From a virus (taxonomy: Duplodnaviria; Caudoviricetes), in the IMG/VR virus record IMGVR_UViG_3300032277_000041, positions 1 to 33,957 of that record: a stretch of 33,957 bases of DNA; one strand, 5' to 3'. The position numbers and the translations under genes are program-made. Position 1 is the stretch's first letter; every line of letters begins with the position of its first letter. The notes beneath the pieces were generated by a model, which saw only the letters and a list, made by a program, of their open reading frames with translations, had not been told where the DNA came from and made no database searches. Of this stretch, positions 32,826 through 33,957 are shown piece after piece.

Positions 32826-33957
32826 CTAGCCAAGGTCCAAGGCCTCGATTGCATCAGCAGTGAACGCCAGGCAGCGCACGCGGACTCCATCGATCCGAGT
32901 GCGGACCCGGTGAGAGGTGCCGACCCGTGCAAGCCATCCCCGTTCCTGCCATCGGTCGATCACCCCAGTGTCAAATCCGCAGTCCTGCAGCACCCGGTCG
33001 ACGGTCGCAGGCAGCACAGCTAGCTCCCAGCCAGCAGACCTGCGCCCAGTGTCCGTCTTCGGCCAGACGCCCAGCCAGCCTCCGCCCGGTGTCCGCGCCT
33101 CACCATCTCGGTCGATGATGTGCCGGTGCCATAGATGAGTCGAGCGCGATGCGCAGTAGCCGTAGACCGCGCGCAGTGCTTCGAGGGGTCGATCTGCATT
33201 CGCGCTGCCGACCCTGACTGCTGCAGCAGCGCGTGCGATGGGCTCCGTGCCTGGTGGCGGTGGCAAGTACCCGACCGCCTCCGCGATGCCTTTCGACGCT
33301 TCCATCAGTGCGAGCAGTGCTCCGAGCCGCTGCGCTACCGCACCAGCATCTGCCAGACGTTCCGACCATGCCGAGACCCGCTGCGCGTACCGGTCTGAGA
33401 CTTGCTGCCACCAGGCGACGTCCCGCCCGGTCAGGTACTCGATGACCCTGCGACCGAGATGACCATGGTGATCGAGCACACCCACGGTCAGGTCTCGCGC
33501 CTGCGAGTCCGAACGCAGCGGGGGTCCGACCAGGCACAGACACCGAGCGCGACTGCCTGCATCCTGGGTGAACGACACTGCTGACTGCTCGCCTGTCGAA
33601 AGCAGGACTGAACGCCATTCAGCGGTGCGCCTCATACCGACCGCCTGCGAACCGACGCCCGGCTTGCCTCGTCCCTTCCCTCGACCCTGGCTGTGCTGGT
33701 AGATGACCGCAGCGATGTCTGACGTCTTCCGCGCGTTCTTCGAGTCATCGAGGATCAATGGCAGATGCTGGAACAGCGCTGCGCTCGCCTCGATCTGCAC
33801 GGGCGTCGCGCGCCAGGAACCAATCAGCCGACCGTCGACAGGCTCACCCCAGACCGATGCAGCGACACGCAGCGCAGTCGTCTTCCCCTGCGAGGTCTCG
33901 CCAGACCAGTCGATCACCCATCCGCGAGCAGTGCCTAGTCGGTTGACCAGCACCGAC
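32826..33957 (-). CDS. C-terminal part of the DUF927-family helicase/ATPase
   Basis: Walker A GETSQGKTT, ASVWG, PLILDD, GRGKGR and W...LSTGE. Confidence 0.85.
   Translation of the reverse strand, partial: SVLVNRLGTARGWVIDWSGETSQGKTTALRVAASVWGEPVDGRLIGSWRATPVQIEASAALFQHLPLILDDSKNARKTSDIAAVIYQHSQGRGKGRGKPGVGSQAVGMRRTAEWRSVLLSTGEQSAVSFTQDAGSRARCLCLVGPPLRSDSQARDLTVGVLDHHGHLGRRVIEYLTGRDVAWWQQVSDRYAQRVSAWSERLADAGAVAQRLGALLALMEASKGIAEAVGYLPPPPGTEPIARAAAAVRVGSANADRPLEALRAVYGYCASRSTHLWHRHIIDRDGEARTPGGGWLGVWPKTDTGRRSAGWELAVLPATVDRVLQDCGFDTGVIDRWQERGWLARVGTSHRVRTRIDGVRVRCLAFTADAIEALDLG
33922..33957. repeat. 36-bp terminal overlap
   Basis: Identical to 1-36. Confidence 0.95.

Noticed and set aside
1-33957. 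Stop-codon reassignment suggested by frequent TAG-containing motifs
   Set aside because: Core genes are full length under the standard code, TAG serves as a real stop (e.g. 7720, 8286, 20708), and the motifs are read as CTA/GCT/AGC.
33922-33957. 36-bp repeat as a true virion terminal repeat or att site
   Set aside because: It lies mid-gene, as expected for an assembler overlap of a circular contig, and no integrase is present.

Overview
The window looks like a complete ~33.9 kb circular genome of a GC-rich, siphovirus-like tailed phage. Bases 1-36 are identical to 33922-33957, and a DUF927-type helicase gene reads through the junction. Replication and recombination genes: AEP primase with Zn finger, DUF927 ATPase, SF2 helicase, RuvC-like resolvase, HTH regulator, YqaJ exonuclease and RecT. 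Next come an array of small early-gene cassettes, a Zim/M.MthZI-like (CTAG-type) methyltransferase and a lysis pair. A long minus-strand operon holds a ParB-MTase, TerS, TerL, portal, gpF-like protein, protease, capsid, head-tail, tail tube, chaperone, tape measure, tail tip and receptor-binding genes. An iteron-type origin lies at about 32.5-32.8 kb. No integrase, tRNA or CRISPR array was seen. The most unusual signals are: (1) a recurrent covarying 5'-leader hairpin with a GGGA loop, usually at the predicted +1 of sigma70-like promoters and followed by an ACACGGAG ribosome-binding site; (2) roughly ten-fold genome-wide enrichment of TAGCTA, mostly overlapping CTAG, in a phage that carries a CTAG-family methyltransferase; (3) apparent capture of that methyltransferase by duplication of a resident RBS plus five codons. 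All product calls are from recalled protein motifs, not database searches.
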